Assembly: GCA_964016885.1 (NCBI GenBank)
Contig: OZ024744.1
Location: 36,332,001-36,396,000 of the forward strand
Length of the DNA: 64,000 bases
DNA from: Eledone cirrhosa
Taxonomy: Eukaryota
Reading direction: 5' to 3'
The translations under genes and the position numbers were made by a program. The notes beneath the pieces were generated by a model. The model was not told the DNA's origin. It did no database searches and saw only the letters and a program-made list of their open reading frames with translations. Below, one piece after another: positions 22,093-33,465 of the stretch; position 1 is the first letter of the stretch, and the number at the start of each line of letters is the position of its first letter.

Positions 22093-25000
22093 ATGGCTAT
22101 GCTAAGAGTAGGCTGTTTAAATGCGCGTGGCCTGGGCTCAACTTGGAAGCAAGCAATGCTTCTAAATGACCCCAGGTCACAACGTATAGATGTGATGGTT
22201 ATTTGCGAGGCCCGGATCAGCAACGTGCGACAGCTGGCCCCCACCTTTGATGACTTTGAGATGCACGCATCTCTCTGTCAGCCCGGAGGTGGGGGTGGAG
22301 TTGTCGTTCTGCTGCAAAAACATCTGGGTCTCGCAACAGAGATGGTACATTTGGACCCGGAGGGTCGACTAGTGGTTCTGGACCTTGGCAGTGGTAAAGG
22401 CGGAGCGTTTAGGTTGGTAGCCGCCTACGGCCCTTTCGGGTCAATGCGGCCGGACTTCTTCCATCGTCTGGAGACTTTTCTGGGGACGTCCCGCTCCTTG
22501 CTATTAGTGGGGGACTGGAATGGTATCCTAGATGCACGCTGGGACTACGTAGGGGCCTGCCCCGATAGAGAGGGGTGTAATACCCTCAAAGGGTTAATCG
22601 GTCGATTTGACCTGGCCGATAGATATCGACTAGATTTTCCGACTGCGCCAACCTAGACTTGGGCAAACCGTAGCGGATCATCTAGGTCGTACCTAGATAG
22701 GTTCTTAGTTAGAATTAAGGATAAGGACTTTTTAAGTTGTCCAAAAATGCGCATGGTTGGCTATTCAGACCACAAATTAGTGACCTGCATGGTCAACCTT
22801 GACAGAACTCATAGACAGGGCCCCGGTTACTGGAAGCTCAACTTGTCCTTGCCGGCAAGTAGAGCCTACAGGAATCGGATTAGTACGTTAGTTAAGGAAC
22901 GGTTGACGGGAGCGATCGTCAACAGCAGGTGGTGGGTATCTCTAAAGAGAGAGATTAGAGTAGTCTCGATAGAATTTAGTAAGGTTCTAGCTGCGGATAG
23001 GAATAGGAAGGAAAGGGAGCTAATAGATAGAGTAGAAGAGGCAATTAGAAGCGGCGACGTGGCCAGAGTGCTAGCGTCGAGAACGGCTTTGAGCCAGTTT
23101 TTCGACGCGAAGCACGAAGGCTGCGTTGTCCGAAGTAAAATACGTGCTCTAGGGAACGAGGGGACCAAAGCTGTTGGCTGGACCCGCGTGACAGAGGCCA
23201 ACAGTGGAACTAAATCCACCATCCGGTCTTTGCGAGACCTGGATGGACGGGCGATTCTTGAGCCTAAGCAGATGTGTGAGGCCTTTCAAAGGCACTTTGC
23301 CCGACTGTTCGGGAGGGGCGGGGAGCCGGTTGGGAACGTGGACTTCGGTCCATACCTCGACGGCCTGCCGTGCCTCTCGGACAGGGAGGCGAAGTCCTGC
23401 GAGGAGCCGATTTCGGCCGCTGAGATAGAGGACGTGCTGAGCCAATGCGGCAAACGCAAATCCCCGGGTCTCGATGGTCTTCCTTACGAATTATATCTAG
23501 CTATGCCGAACTTGTTCCCCGATCTCCTCGAGGCGGTCTACTGCAACTGGCAACAGAACGGGAGAATTCCCTGTACTGTGACCAAGGGCGTAGTCACGCT
23601 AGTGAGGAAGGACGAGAACAAGGGGGACGAAATAAGTAACTTCAGGCCCATAACTCTGCTAAATACAGAGTTACAGATTTTGGCCAAGGTGCTAGCAAAG
23701 AGGTTGGCGCTTGTCGTGGGCAACCTGGTGGGAGATGCGCAGACATGCGCTATCCCGTCCAGGTCCATCCATGACAACCTCCACCTCATGCGATACATCA
23801 TAGAGAGGGTTGGGAACGAACCCGGCTTTGGTGGGGCTCTGATCAACTTGGATCAATCTAAGGCGTTCGATAGGGTCGACCATGGTTACCTGGATGCGGT
23901 GCTAGCGGCGGCAGGCTTCGGACCCGTTTTCAGGGGCTGGATCACTGCTATGCACAGCAGCCGCATCTGCTCTAGGGTCAAGGTGAATGGCTACCTCTCG
24001 GAGCCGTTCAAAAACGCGCGGTCCATCCGACAAGGGTGCCCTCTCTCCTCCCTTCTGTATGTGTTGACTCTCGAGCCACTACTGCGGAAGTTGGAGTTGT
24101 TGCAGGGCATCCCTTTGGAACCGGGATTGCGGAAAGCGGTGTCGGCCTACGCCGATGGCGTGACAGTAATGGTGTCGACGGCCTCCGAAATCGAGGCGGT
24201 CGGCACCTTACTGGAGGAGTACGAAAAGTTCACAGGGGCTAAGCTGAACCGGGACAAGTCGATCGGTTTGCAACTCGGCACGTGGAGGGGCAGACCGATG
24301 CCCTCCGATGGCGTCGTCGGACGCTGGACGGAGGGCCCGGTGAAGTTGCTCGGGGTCTGGTTCGGACCGGACCTCCAGGTGGAGAAAAACTGGGCGGAGG
24401 TTACGAACAGGGTGTTTGCACTGACCCAGAAGTGGGCCAGTTGCAAACTATCCCTGAAAGGTCGGGCGGAGGTGGCGAACACCTACATAGCGTCCGTCAT
24501 CTACTACCGCCTGACCGTAGTGCCCTGCCCAAGGGAAACCCTCACCAAGATGGAGCGCGCGCTCTTCCAATTCCTTTGGAAGAGGCGGGCTCCTATGGTG
24601 AGGAGATCCATCTGCTGTCAACACCCTTCGAAAGGAGGGCTGGGGATGCCGTGGCTAATGATGCGTAAACACGCATTACGGCTACGGCACCTCTACGTAT
24701 TCCTCACCGGACAACCGGTGTGGGCCTCGTTTGTGAGACGAACCTTTCCCAGACTCGTCTCACTCACCGAGCTGCAATCCTGGGTCAAGCAAAGACCGAG
24801 AAAACTGGGCGCCTGGCACACTGAGTGTGCCCAGGCGCTCACCGCCCTCTGGCAGGTGGATCCGGTTATCAGTGGAGACTCCACCGCAACATTCTATAGA
24901 GAGCTGGTACGCAGCAGGTGCGACGACGCCCTCGGAGAAGCCCTAGACATGGAGGAGGACGAACTGGCCAGCCTGTTCGGTAGGACATTCAGCCCGGGAC

Positions 25001-25510
25001 CTATGGCCTGGCAGTGCTACCGAGGGGCTTTACCCGTTGGAGAAAGGCTCTACAGACACGGGCGCCCGGGTAGGGACCCCGCCAAAAAGATCTGTCCCAG
25101 ATGCGTGTGCGACGAGGAAACCGTTGCACACGCATTGGTACACTGCTCGGGCGTAGCCGATCTGTGGGGCTATGTCGAGCAAACTGCTGTCAAGGGTGGG
25201 ACCGATCCGGTTGACCACCGAGTCTATTATAATGATCAAGCCTCCTCCCCCCTTCAAAGATGAAGCAGAGGCGGTGTTTCTGTGCGTAATAGCCATGGCG
25301 AAAGAGGTTGTATGGTGGACGCGTCTGAAAGGACTGAGGTCAGGCACCTTTCTCTCTGGCCAACAACTGGTCCGTTTCTTCCGATATCATTTCGGAAGAA
25401 GGATCAGGATGGAGAGAGAGGTGCTGCACCCCAGCCGTTTCTATGAAAGATGGGTGAAAGTGGCGAGAATGGCCCGTGTGAATGGGCCTTCACTCTACAT
25501 CAGACTATAG
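22093..25510 (+). pseudogene. Tx1 ORF2 (APE endonuclease, RT, CCHC), disrupted
   Basis: LNARGL, ICE, GDWN, SYLDR, SDH; KSPGLDG, NFRPITLLN, DQSKAFD, RQGCPLS, YADG (YADD mutated); CPRC..EETVAHALVHC. Stop at 22654-22656, small deletion ~25003, frameshift ~25180. Confidence 0.93.
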
Positions 25511-25773
25511 GTGAGGAAGATGAAAGACCAAGGGAGCACTCCTTCTCTGTGCTCCTGAGGAGAAGGGTTGCACACTTTTTTCGGGGGTGTGTGCGACCCC
25601 CAAGGCGCCTCCTCTCTATTGAGGATTTTGTTATAAATTTTATTTTTTGTTATATCTTATTTTATTTTTATATTTTGTTATTGCCTCCTCCTTATTGAGG
25701 ACGCCTTTTTGTGTAAACTCCCCCCTTTGTACTTGTCCCACTTTTGATGCCCTAGTGGCAAATAAAAGAAACA

Positions 25774-25828
<55 letters not shown>

Positions 25829-25831
<3 letters not shown>

Positions 25832-26090
25832 CTCTCTATATCAGCCTGTAGATTGAGGAAAAGGAGGAGGAGAGGAAAGGAGTACAAGCTCTTCGTACTC
25901 CTGGAGATGAGGGTTGCACATTTTTTTCGGGGGTATGTGTTACCCATATAAACTGTCTCCCTCTATTGGGGAAAATCGACTAACTTTTAAATTCCATCTG
26001 TGATAACATTTTACACGTTTTTATTGTATGTAAACTTCCCCCTTTGTATTTGTCCCCTTCTTTTGTGCCCCTGTGGCTAATAAAGAAATA
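25829..26090 (+). mobile_element. Severely 5'-truncated Tx1 copy (last ORF2 codons plus 3' UTR)
   Basis: Nearly identical to the 3' ends of T2 (30946-31211) and T3 (36878-37140). (ATCT)n on both sides. Confidence 0.92.
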
Positions 26091-26172
<82 letters not shown>

Positions 26173-26398
26173 GCTGTCGTCTGTTCTACAGTGTGGATGT
26201 AATTCACTTCGCGCAGAAGTTTTGTTCAAATTTATTGCAGAAATTTTGTGAGTTCAAATTTAATTTTGATACAATTGTGTAGCTTGACCCCCCGTCTGAA
26301 CTGTCAGGCGGTGGGTCAGCTCATCTTTACCCCTCCTAGAGGTGAAAAACCTGTTTTAAAAAATTTTGTGGCAAAAAAATTTCAATCGACTAACAGAA

Positions 26399-27501
26399 AT
26401 GTTAAACGCAGCGAACGAAAATAGTGGTGGGGGGACAGCGGTAAAGGTTGTAAGCTCGCACGCTTTAGTCCCCCCTTCCTTCCCAACTAACGTCATAGAG
26501 AAGGAAGGAAAAATTAAAATAAAAACAGACGAATGGAGGGGAGAAGGCCATCCTGCCATATCTGTGCAGGCAGAGGGCACCTGAAGGCCGCTTGTCCCCA
26601 ACTCAACAAAAAGAAAACCCTGCTACCAACACCAGCTCCACCACCACCACCACAACAGATAAACAAACAACAAAACTCAGTCCCACCCAACACGTCCCTC
26701 AGTAAAACTACACCACCACCACAACACAAACAGTCACAACACATTACCCCAAAACAAAATACAGGCCCACCCAACCCCTCACTCAATAAAACAACACAAC
26801 CACCGCAGACACAACACACAACACAGTCTAACATAGTGACATCCATCTCCCCCACAAAGAAAACCAACACGGAAACATTACCAGCAAACATACCTCTTCC
26901 CTCCAACACTGAAGATAACCCAACGAATTCGGAGGAAGAAACGGAGTCCTTCAGACAGATTAAAAGGAAAACAAGAAAACATGTGCAAAACACACAAGGC
27001 CAAACAACCCCCACCCAAATCTCAACACAATCCAACAAAACAGAAAACACCCCTCCAGCAACAAACAAAACCAAACCTGCCCCTCCCCTCTTCGAAACAC
27101 TCACACCATCCGAAAAAAAGACATTACACTATACTTACATCAACAGAAACAATAATAAATTAAATGAACTCATATACAATAATCCTTCGGTACAAACCGA
27201 AGGTGTAAACTTTGTTTCCTCAGAAAACTACCCACATTTAAAATTAATAAAGATCCCAATGAACCTCTACCAAAAACTAAAAAAGGATTTTAAGGAGGAC
27301 GTAGGACCACCCTCTGTCAAACCCATAAACCGCGTCCTACCAAAAAGCTTTCCCCCTCCCCTTCCCCTCCCCAACACAACTCCAAACACCCCAACCCCAC
27401 CACACACTGACGACCCCACACCACCACAAGACACCCCTTCACCCAACACCCCCGACCCCATGGAAGTCGTGCAACCCGAACCCCGGGAAGCGGAAAGGTA
27501 G
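26399..27501 (+). pseudogene. T2 ORF1 with central deletion and frameshift
   Basis: The N-terminus MLNAANENSGGGTAVKV resembles T3 MNAASNDNGGGEAVRL, then goes directly to EGRRPSCHICAGRGHLKAACP. Confidence 0.85.
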
Positions 27502-27534
27502 GTCTCTACACTCTCCTTTGGCTCTGCCGCCCAC

Positions 27535-30500
27535 ATGGATGTGTTAAGAGTAGGATGTTTGAATGCACGTGGCCTGGGCTCAACTTGGAAGCAAGCAAAG
27601 CTTCTAAATGACCTCAGGTCATGTAGTATAAATGTAATGGTTATCTGTGAGACTCGAATCAGCGTCGTGCGGCAGCTGGCCCCCACCTTCGATGACTTTG
27701 AGGTGCATGCATCTCTCTGTCAACCTGGAGGTGGGGGTGGGGTTGTCGTACTGCTGCAAAAACACCTGGGTCTTGCCGTACAGGTTGTGCACTCGGACCC
27801 GGAGGGTCGTTTGTTGGTGCTAGACGTTGGCAGTAGTGAAAGTGCGGCCTTGAGACTGGTCGCCGTCTACTTCCCTTTCGGAGCTGAACGGCCCGACTTC
27901 TTCCAGCGTTTGGAGACTTTTCTGGGAACGTCGCGTTCCCTGCTTCTAGCGGAGGATTGGAATGACATCCTAGATGCACGTTGGGACTATGCAAGGAGCA
28001 TGTCCTAATAGAGGGGGTGTAACAGCCTCAAGAGGTTACTCGACCGTTTTAACTTGGTCGATAGATATCGACTAGATTTTCCAACTGTGCCTACCTGGAC
28101 TTGGAGAAACCACAGTGGTCAATCTAGATCGTACTTAGATAGATTCTTAGTTAGAAGTAAGGATAGGGACATATTAAGCTGTCCAGAAATGCGCACGGTT
28201 GGCTACACGGATCACAAATTAGTGACCTGCGTAGTCAATCTCGAGAAAACACATAAACAGGGTCCCGGTTCTGGAAACTTAATTTGTCTTTACCGGCAAA
28301 AGAGACTTACAGAAACCGGATTAGCAGATTAGTTAAGGAGAGGTTGACGGGTGCAATCGTCAACAACCGATGGTGGGCATCTCTCAAAAGAGAGATTAGA
28401 ACAGAATCAATAAGTTATAGCAAGATGTTAGCTGCCGATAGGAATAGAAACGAGAAAGAATTAACAGGTAAATTAGAAGAGGCAATCAAGAGCGAAGATG
28501 TGGCCAGAGTGCTGGCATCGAGGACGGCCTTGAACCAGTTTTTCGATGCAAAGCACGAAGGCTGCGTCATTCGAAGTAAAATACGTGCTCTAGGTAATGA
28601 GGGGGCCAAAGCCGTTGGCTGGGACCGCGTGACAGAAGCTAAGAGTGGAAATCGATCCACCATCCGGTCGTTGCAAGACGAAGATGGATGGGTGATCCGG
28701 GAGCCTAAGCAGATGTGCGAGGCCTTTCAAAGACACTTTGCCCGATTGTTCGGGGGAGGCGAGGGTCCGGGCGGGGGCGTGGATTTCGGTCCATACCTCG
28801 ACGGCCTACCGCGTCTCTCGAGCGAAGAGGCAGAGTCCTGCGAGGGACCAATCTCGGCTGATGAGATCGGAGATGCGCTGAGCCAATGCAGCAGACGCAA
28901 ATCTCCAGGTCTCGATGGTATACCTTACGAACTTTATTTAGCAATGCCGGTCTTCTTCTCCGAACTCCTCGAAGCGGTCTACTGCAATTGGCAGCAGAAC
29001 GGGAGAATTCCCAGTTCTGTAACCGGGGGCGTGGTCACACTAATCAGGAAGGACGAGAATAAGGGGGATGACATAGGCAACTTCCGGCCCATAACTCTGC
29101 TAAACACAGTTACAGATTTTGGCCAAGGTGTTGGCAAAGAGGCTGGCGCTTGTCGTCGAGAACCTGGTGGGAGAAGCGCAGACATGCGCAATCAGGACCA
29201 GGTCCATACACGACAACCTCCACCTCATGCGATACATCATAGAGAGGGTAGGGTGTAAACCCGGCTTCGGTGGGGCCCTGATCAACTTGGATCAGTCTAA
29301 GGCTTTCGATAGGGTTGACCATCGTTACCTGGATGCGGTGCTCGAGGCGGCAGGTTTCGGACCCGTGTTCAGGGGCTGGATTGCTGCAATGCACAACAGC
29401 AACATCTGCTCAAGGGTCAAGGTGAACGGCTACCTCTCGGAGCCGTTCCATATGACGCGATCCATTCGACAGGGATGCCCTCTCTCCTCCCTTCTGTACG
29501 TACTGACTCTCGAGCCACTACTGCGGAAGCTGGAGCTATTGCAGGGCATCCCTCTGGAACCGGGACTGCGGAAAGCGGCGTCGGCCTGCGCCGACGACGT
29601 GACAGTAATGGTGTCGAGCGCCTCGCAAATCGAGGAAGTCGGCACCTTACTAAAGGAATACGAAAGTCTCACAGGAGCGAAGCTGAACCGGGACAAGTCC
29701 ATGGGTTTGCAACTCGGATCGTGGAGAGGCAGACCGATGCTTTCCGACGGCGTCGTCGGACGCTGGACGGAAGGACCGGTAAAGCTGCTCGGGGTCTGGT
29801 TTGGTCCGGACCTCCAGGTGGAGAAGAACTGGAACGAAGTGACGGCCAAGGTGTTTGCACTCATCCAGAAGTGGGCCGAGTGCAAACCATCCTTGAAAGG
29901 TCGAGCGGAGGTTGCGAACACTTTTATAGCGTCCGCCATCTACTACCGCTTAACCGTCGTGCCTTGTCCAGCCAAAACGCTCGCCAAAATGGAGCGCGCG
30001 CTCTTCCGATTCCTTTGGAAGCGGCGGGCTCCTTTGGTGATAAGATCCATCTGCTGCCAACACCCTTCTAACGGAGGGCTGGGGATGCCGTGGTTGACGA
30101 TGCGCAAACACGCGCTCAGGCTGCGGCATCTCTACGTATTCCTCACCGGACAACCGGTGTGGGCCCCGTTCGTGAGGCGAGCCTTCCCACGACTCGTCTC
30201 GCTGACCGAGCTGCAGTCCTGGGTCAAGCAAAGACCGAGGAAAATGGGCGACTGGCACATCGAATGTGCTCAGGCGCTCACAGCCCTCTGGCAGGCGGAC
30301 CCGGCGATCAGTGGAGACTCCACTTCGTCATTCTATAGAGGGTTGGTCCGCAGCAAGTGCGACGACGCGCTCGGTGAAACTCTAGGCGTAAAGGAAGATG
30401 AACTGGCCAGTCTGTTCGGTAGGACCTTCCGCCCGGGACTGATGGACAACTTCCAAAAGCCCCTGGCCTGGCAGTGCTACCGAGGAGCTCTACCAGTTCG

Positions 30501-30969
30501 AGACAAGCTCTACAGACATGGGCGCCCGGGCAGGGACCCCGCAAAAAAGATCTGTCCGAGGTGCGTGCGAGACGAAGAAACCGTCGCGCACGCATTCATA
30601 CACTGCCCGGGTGTCACTGACCTGTGGGGATATGTAGAACGACTATTGTCGCGGGTGGGACGAATCCAGTTGACCACCGAGTCCATTGTCATGATCAAAC
30701 CACCACCCTCCTTCAAAAACGAAGGAGAGGCGGTTTTCCTTTGTGTGATAGCTATAGCGAAAGAGGTTGTATGGTGGACAAGGTTGAAAGGGCTGAGGTC
30801 AGACACCTTTCTCTCCGGCCAACAACTGATTCTTTTTTTCAAATACCACTTTGGAAGAAGAATCAGGATGGAGAGAGAGGTGCTGTACCCCAACAAGTTT
30901 TATGAAAGGTGGGTGAAAGTGGCGAGAATGGCCCGAGTGAATGGGCCTTCTCTCTATATCAGCCTGTAG
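27535..30969 (+). pseudogene. T2 ORF2 (APE-RT-CCHC), frameshifted
   Basis: ORFs 27535-28008, 28054-28332, 28284-29258 and 29119-30969. YADD reads CADD. Confidence 0.93.
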
Positions 30970-31211
30970 GTTGAGGAAAAGGAGGAGGAGAGGAAAGGAG
31001 TACAATATCTTCGTACTCCTGGAGATGAGGGCTGCACATTTTTTTTCGTGGGTATGTGTTACCCATATAAACTGTCTCCCTCTTTTGGGGAAAATCGACT
31101 AACTTTTTAAATTCCATTTGTGATAACATTTTACACGTTTTTATTGTATGTAAACTTCCCCCCTTTGTATTTGTCCCCTTCTTTTGTGCACCTGTGGCTA
31201 ATAAAGAAATA

Positions 31212-31252
<41 letters not shown>

Positions 31253-31476
31253 CTTTATCAGTCGTGTGTCACTTCGCGGAGAAGTTTCCGTTAATTTATG
31301 TAAGGAAAAAACGTGAGTTTTTAGTTCAATTTTATATCATTGTGTAACTTGACCACCCGTCTGGACCTTCAGGTGGTGGTCAACTCATTTTCGCCCCTTC
31401 AGGGGCGGAATATCCATTAAAAAAATTTTTCTCCATCGAATCTTGGAAAAAAATATTGTAAAATTTTGATTACGTT

Positions 31477-33432
31477 ATGAACGCTGCGTCCAACGATAAT
31501 GGTGGTGGAGAGGCGGTAAGACTACAAAGCTCGCAGTCAACAACGTCTTCTTCACTAGATACTATAGAGATGGAAAGACAAAATGAAAATAAAAAAACGA
31601 ATTCACATCCAAACAACACAAATGACACCAAACAGCTCAATGACAACAAAAATAACAGCAAAACCAATAATGATGATAAAAGCAACAATGATAACAACAA
31701 CAAAGAAAAAAATAAAGACAACGCCAATAACACCAGCATCAAAGACAACAACAACACCAAGGAAAATACGGATGATACCAACATCGGTGACAACAAGAAT
31801 AACAACAAGAATAACAACAATAATGATAACACCACCAATACGGATTCCACAAAGAAACCAAAAATCTCCTTTGCGGAGAAAGTTCAAAAGAAAGAACAAT
31901 TGATTTATCTCGACATAACAAATGCTGAACACCTTTTAAAGGACGCTAAGAGATATGTCACCTTCGAAAAAAATGGTGCTTTCAGCATCAATTCTCCGGT
32001 AGAAATTCGCAAGGAAACTGCTCTCAAAACGATAGTTTTTAGGACAGTTTCCAATTCTACCCGAAAACCAGTCCAACTGTCACAGAAAGATATTGAACTG
32101 GTTTTCAAAGATTCAATGAATGATATTGCATTCATTCAAAGAAGCAAACTTTTTGGGAGTATTTCGGTACTGATGAAGGATCAATTGACGGCCCAAAATT
32201 ACTCTGTGTCGCCAATTGTACCCAACCTGTACACCTTTTTCCCTACATACATGGGAAAAAGGACACAAAAGATCAGAATCACAAGTGTCACACCAAAGGT
32301 GAACATATGGTGGATACTGTGCGGCTTCATCAATTTTGATGAAGACAGAATACTGTCAGTAGGCAAGTCCCCCAGAGATGTATTCAATGGGACTAGCATT
32401 GAAGTTCTGGTGCAAATGAGCCCAGAGCGAATAGCTATGATCCCACAGCGTGTACTCCTGGACGGACTCACCTACATAAACCTTTCGGTTGAGGGTAGGC
32501 GGCCTTCATGTTACCATTGCTTTAGCAGGGGTCACCTGAGGGCTTCCTGTCCTAAACTAATGAACCAAAAAAAGGCTCTTCTGCCGACACCCATCAAAAC
32601 AACACAACCACCAACACCACCACAACAACAACAACACCAACACACAAAAATAACCACAACAAACACAGTCCCACCCAACCCCACTCCACCTAAAACCACT
32701 GCAAAATCACATACAGACACGACAGCTCCCCAAGACATACCCCTCCCCAATCACACAGACGATACAACAGATGAGGCTATCTCGCCATCACCCAGTGAAG
32801 ACGAGGGAGAACCCCATCGCTCGAAAAGAAAGAAAAGACATCACAAAAGCAAAAAACCAGCAAACACTACCACAAACATACAACCACCAACACAAACAAC
32901 AAAAATATCACAAACAAAACCCCCACCTCCTGAAAACAAAATACCTACAACAAAACGAAAGCACACACAAGAACTACAGACAAAAGCAAACACAACACAA
33001 GAAAATTACACTTACACTTACATAAACACTGAAAACAAAACACTAATGGAGACCATCACGAACGACCCTTCGGTTTTCACCGAAGGGTCGTTCGTGATGG
33101 TCTCCGTTAGTGTTTTGTTTTCAGTGAAAACTTTCGCCCACTCTATTAAAAATAGCAAAAAACTGAACCTAAAACTGATTAGGGTCCCTATACAAACTTA
33201 TAGGTCCCTAAAAGAAACATTTGAGAAGGATGTGGGGAATTCCTGCGTGAAACCACTCAACCGTGTCCTTCTCAAATGCCTCCCCACCCCAGACACCCTC
33301 ATCCCACCAGACCCCACCCCACCAAACATCTGCGTCCCCACCCCGCCGGAAACCACCACCCATCCAGACAACCCCTCCAACACCCCCATGGAAATCGTGC
33401 GGCCTGGTCCCCAGGAGGCGAAGGGTGAGTGA
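31477..33432 (+). CDS. T3 ORF1 protein, 651 aa (Asn/Asp-rich region, central conserved domain, CCHC knuckle, Pro/Thr-rich linker)
   Basis: Open frame; EGRRPSCYHCFSRGHLRASCP; KRKKR basic patch. Confidence 0.9.
   Translation: MNAASNDNGGGEAVRLQSSQSTTSSSLDTIEMERQNENKKTNSHPNNTNDTKQLNDNKNNSKTNNDDKSNNDNNNKEKNKDNANNTSIKDNNNTKENTDDTNIGDNKNNNKNNNNNDNTTNTDSTKKPKISFAEKVQKKEQLIYLDITNAEHLLKDAKRYVTFEKNGAFSINSPVEIRKETALKTIVFRTVSNSTRKPVQLSQKDIELVFKDSMNDIAFIQRSKLFGSISVLMKDQLTAQNYSVSPIVPNLYTFFPTYMGKRTQKIRITSVTPKVNIWWILCGFINFDEDRILSVGKSPRDVFNGTSIEVLVQMSPERIAMIPQRVLLDGLTYINLSVEGRRPSCYHCFSRGHLRASCPKLMNQKKALLPTPIKTTQPPTPPQQQQHQHTKITTTNTVPPNPTPPKTTAKSHTDTTAPQDIPLPNHTDDTTDEAISPSPSEDEGEPHRSKRKKRHHKSKKPANTTTNIQPPTQTTKISQTKPPPPENKIPTTKRKHTQELQTKANTTQENYTYTYINTENKTLMETITNDPSVFTEGSFVMVSVSVLFSVKTFAHSIKNSKKLNLKLIRVPIQTYRSLKETFEKDVGNSCVKPLNRVLLKCLPTPDTLIPPDPTPPNICVPTPPETTTHPDNPSNTPMEIVRPGPQEAKGE
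33027..33126. repeat. 100-bp palindrome (48-bp arms, 4-nt loop) inside T3 ORF1
   Basis: cactgaaaac...cccttcggt TTTC accgaaggg...gttttcagtg, one mismatch. Confidence 0.95.
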
Positions 33433-33465
33433 TCTCTTTTCCTCTTTTAACTTTTCAGCACCAAC

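Larger units (their letters stand above)
20069..25772 (+). mobile_element. L1/Tx1-clade non-LTR retrotransposon, copy T1 (full length, defective)
   Basis: 5' UTR, ORF1 with zinc knuckle, ORF2 APE-RT-CCHC, AATAAA at 25761, (ATCT)n on both sides. Confidence 0.95.
26172..31211 (+). mobile_element. Tx1 copy T2 (both ends present, ORF1 internally deleted)
   Basis: ORF1 start 26399 jumps to the zinc knuckle at ~26535. ORF2 27535-30969 is in four pieces. AATAAA at 31200. Confidence 0.95.
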
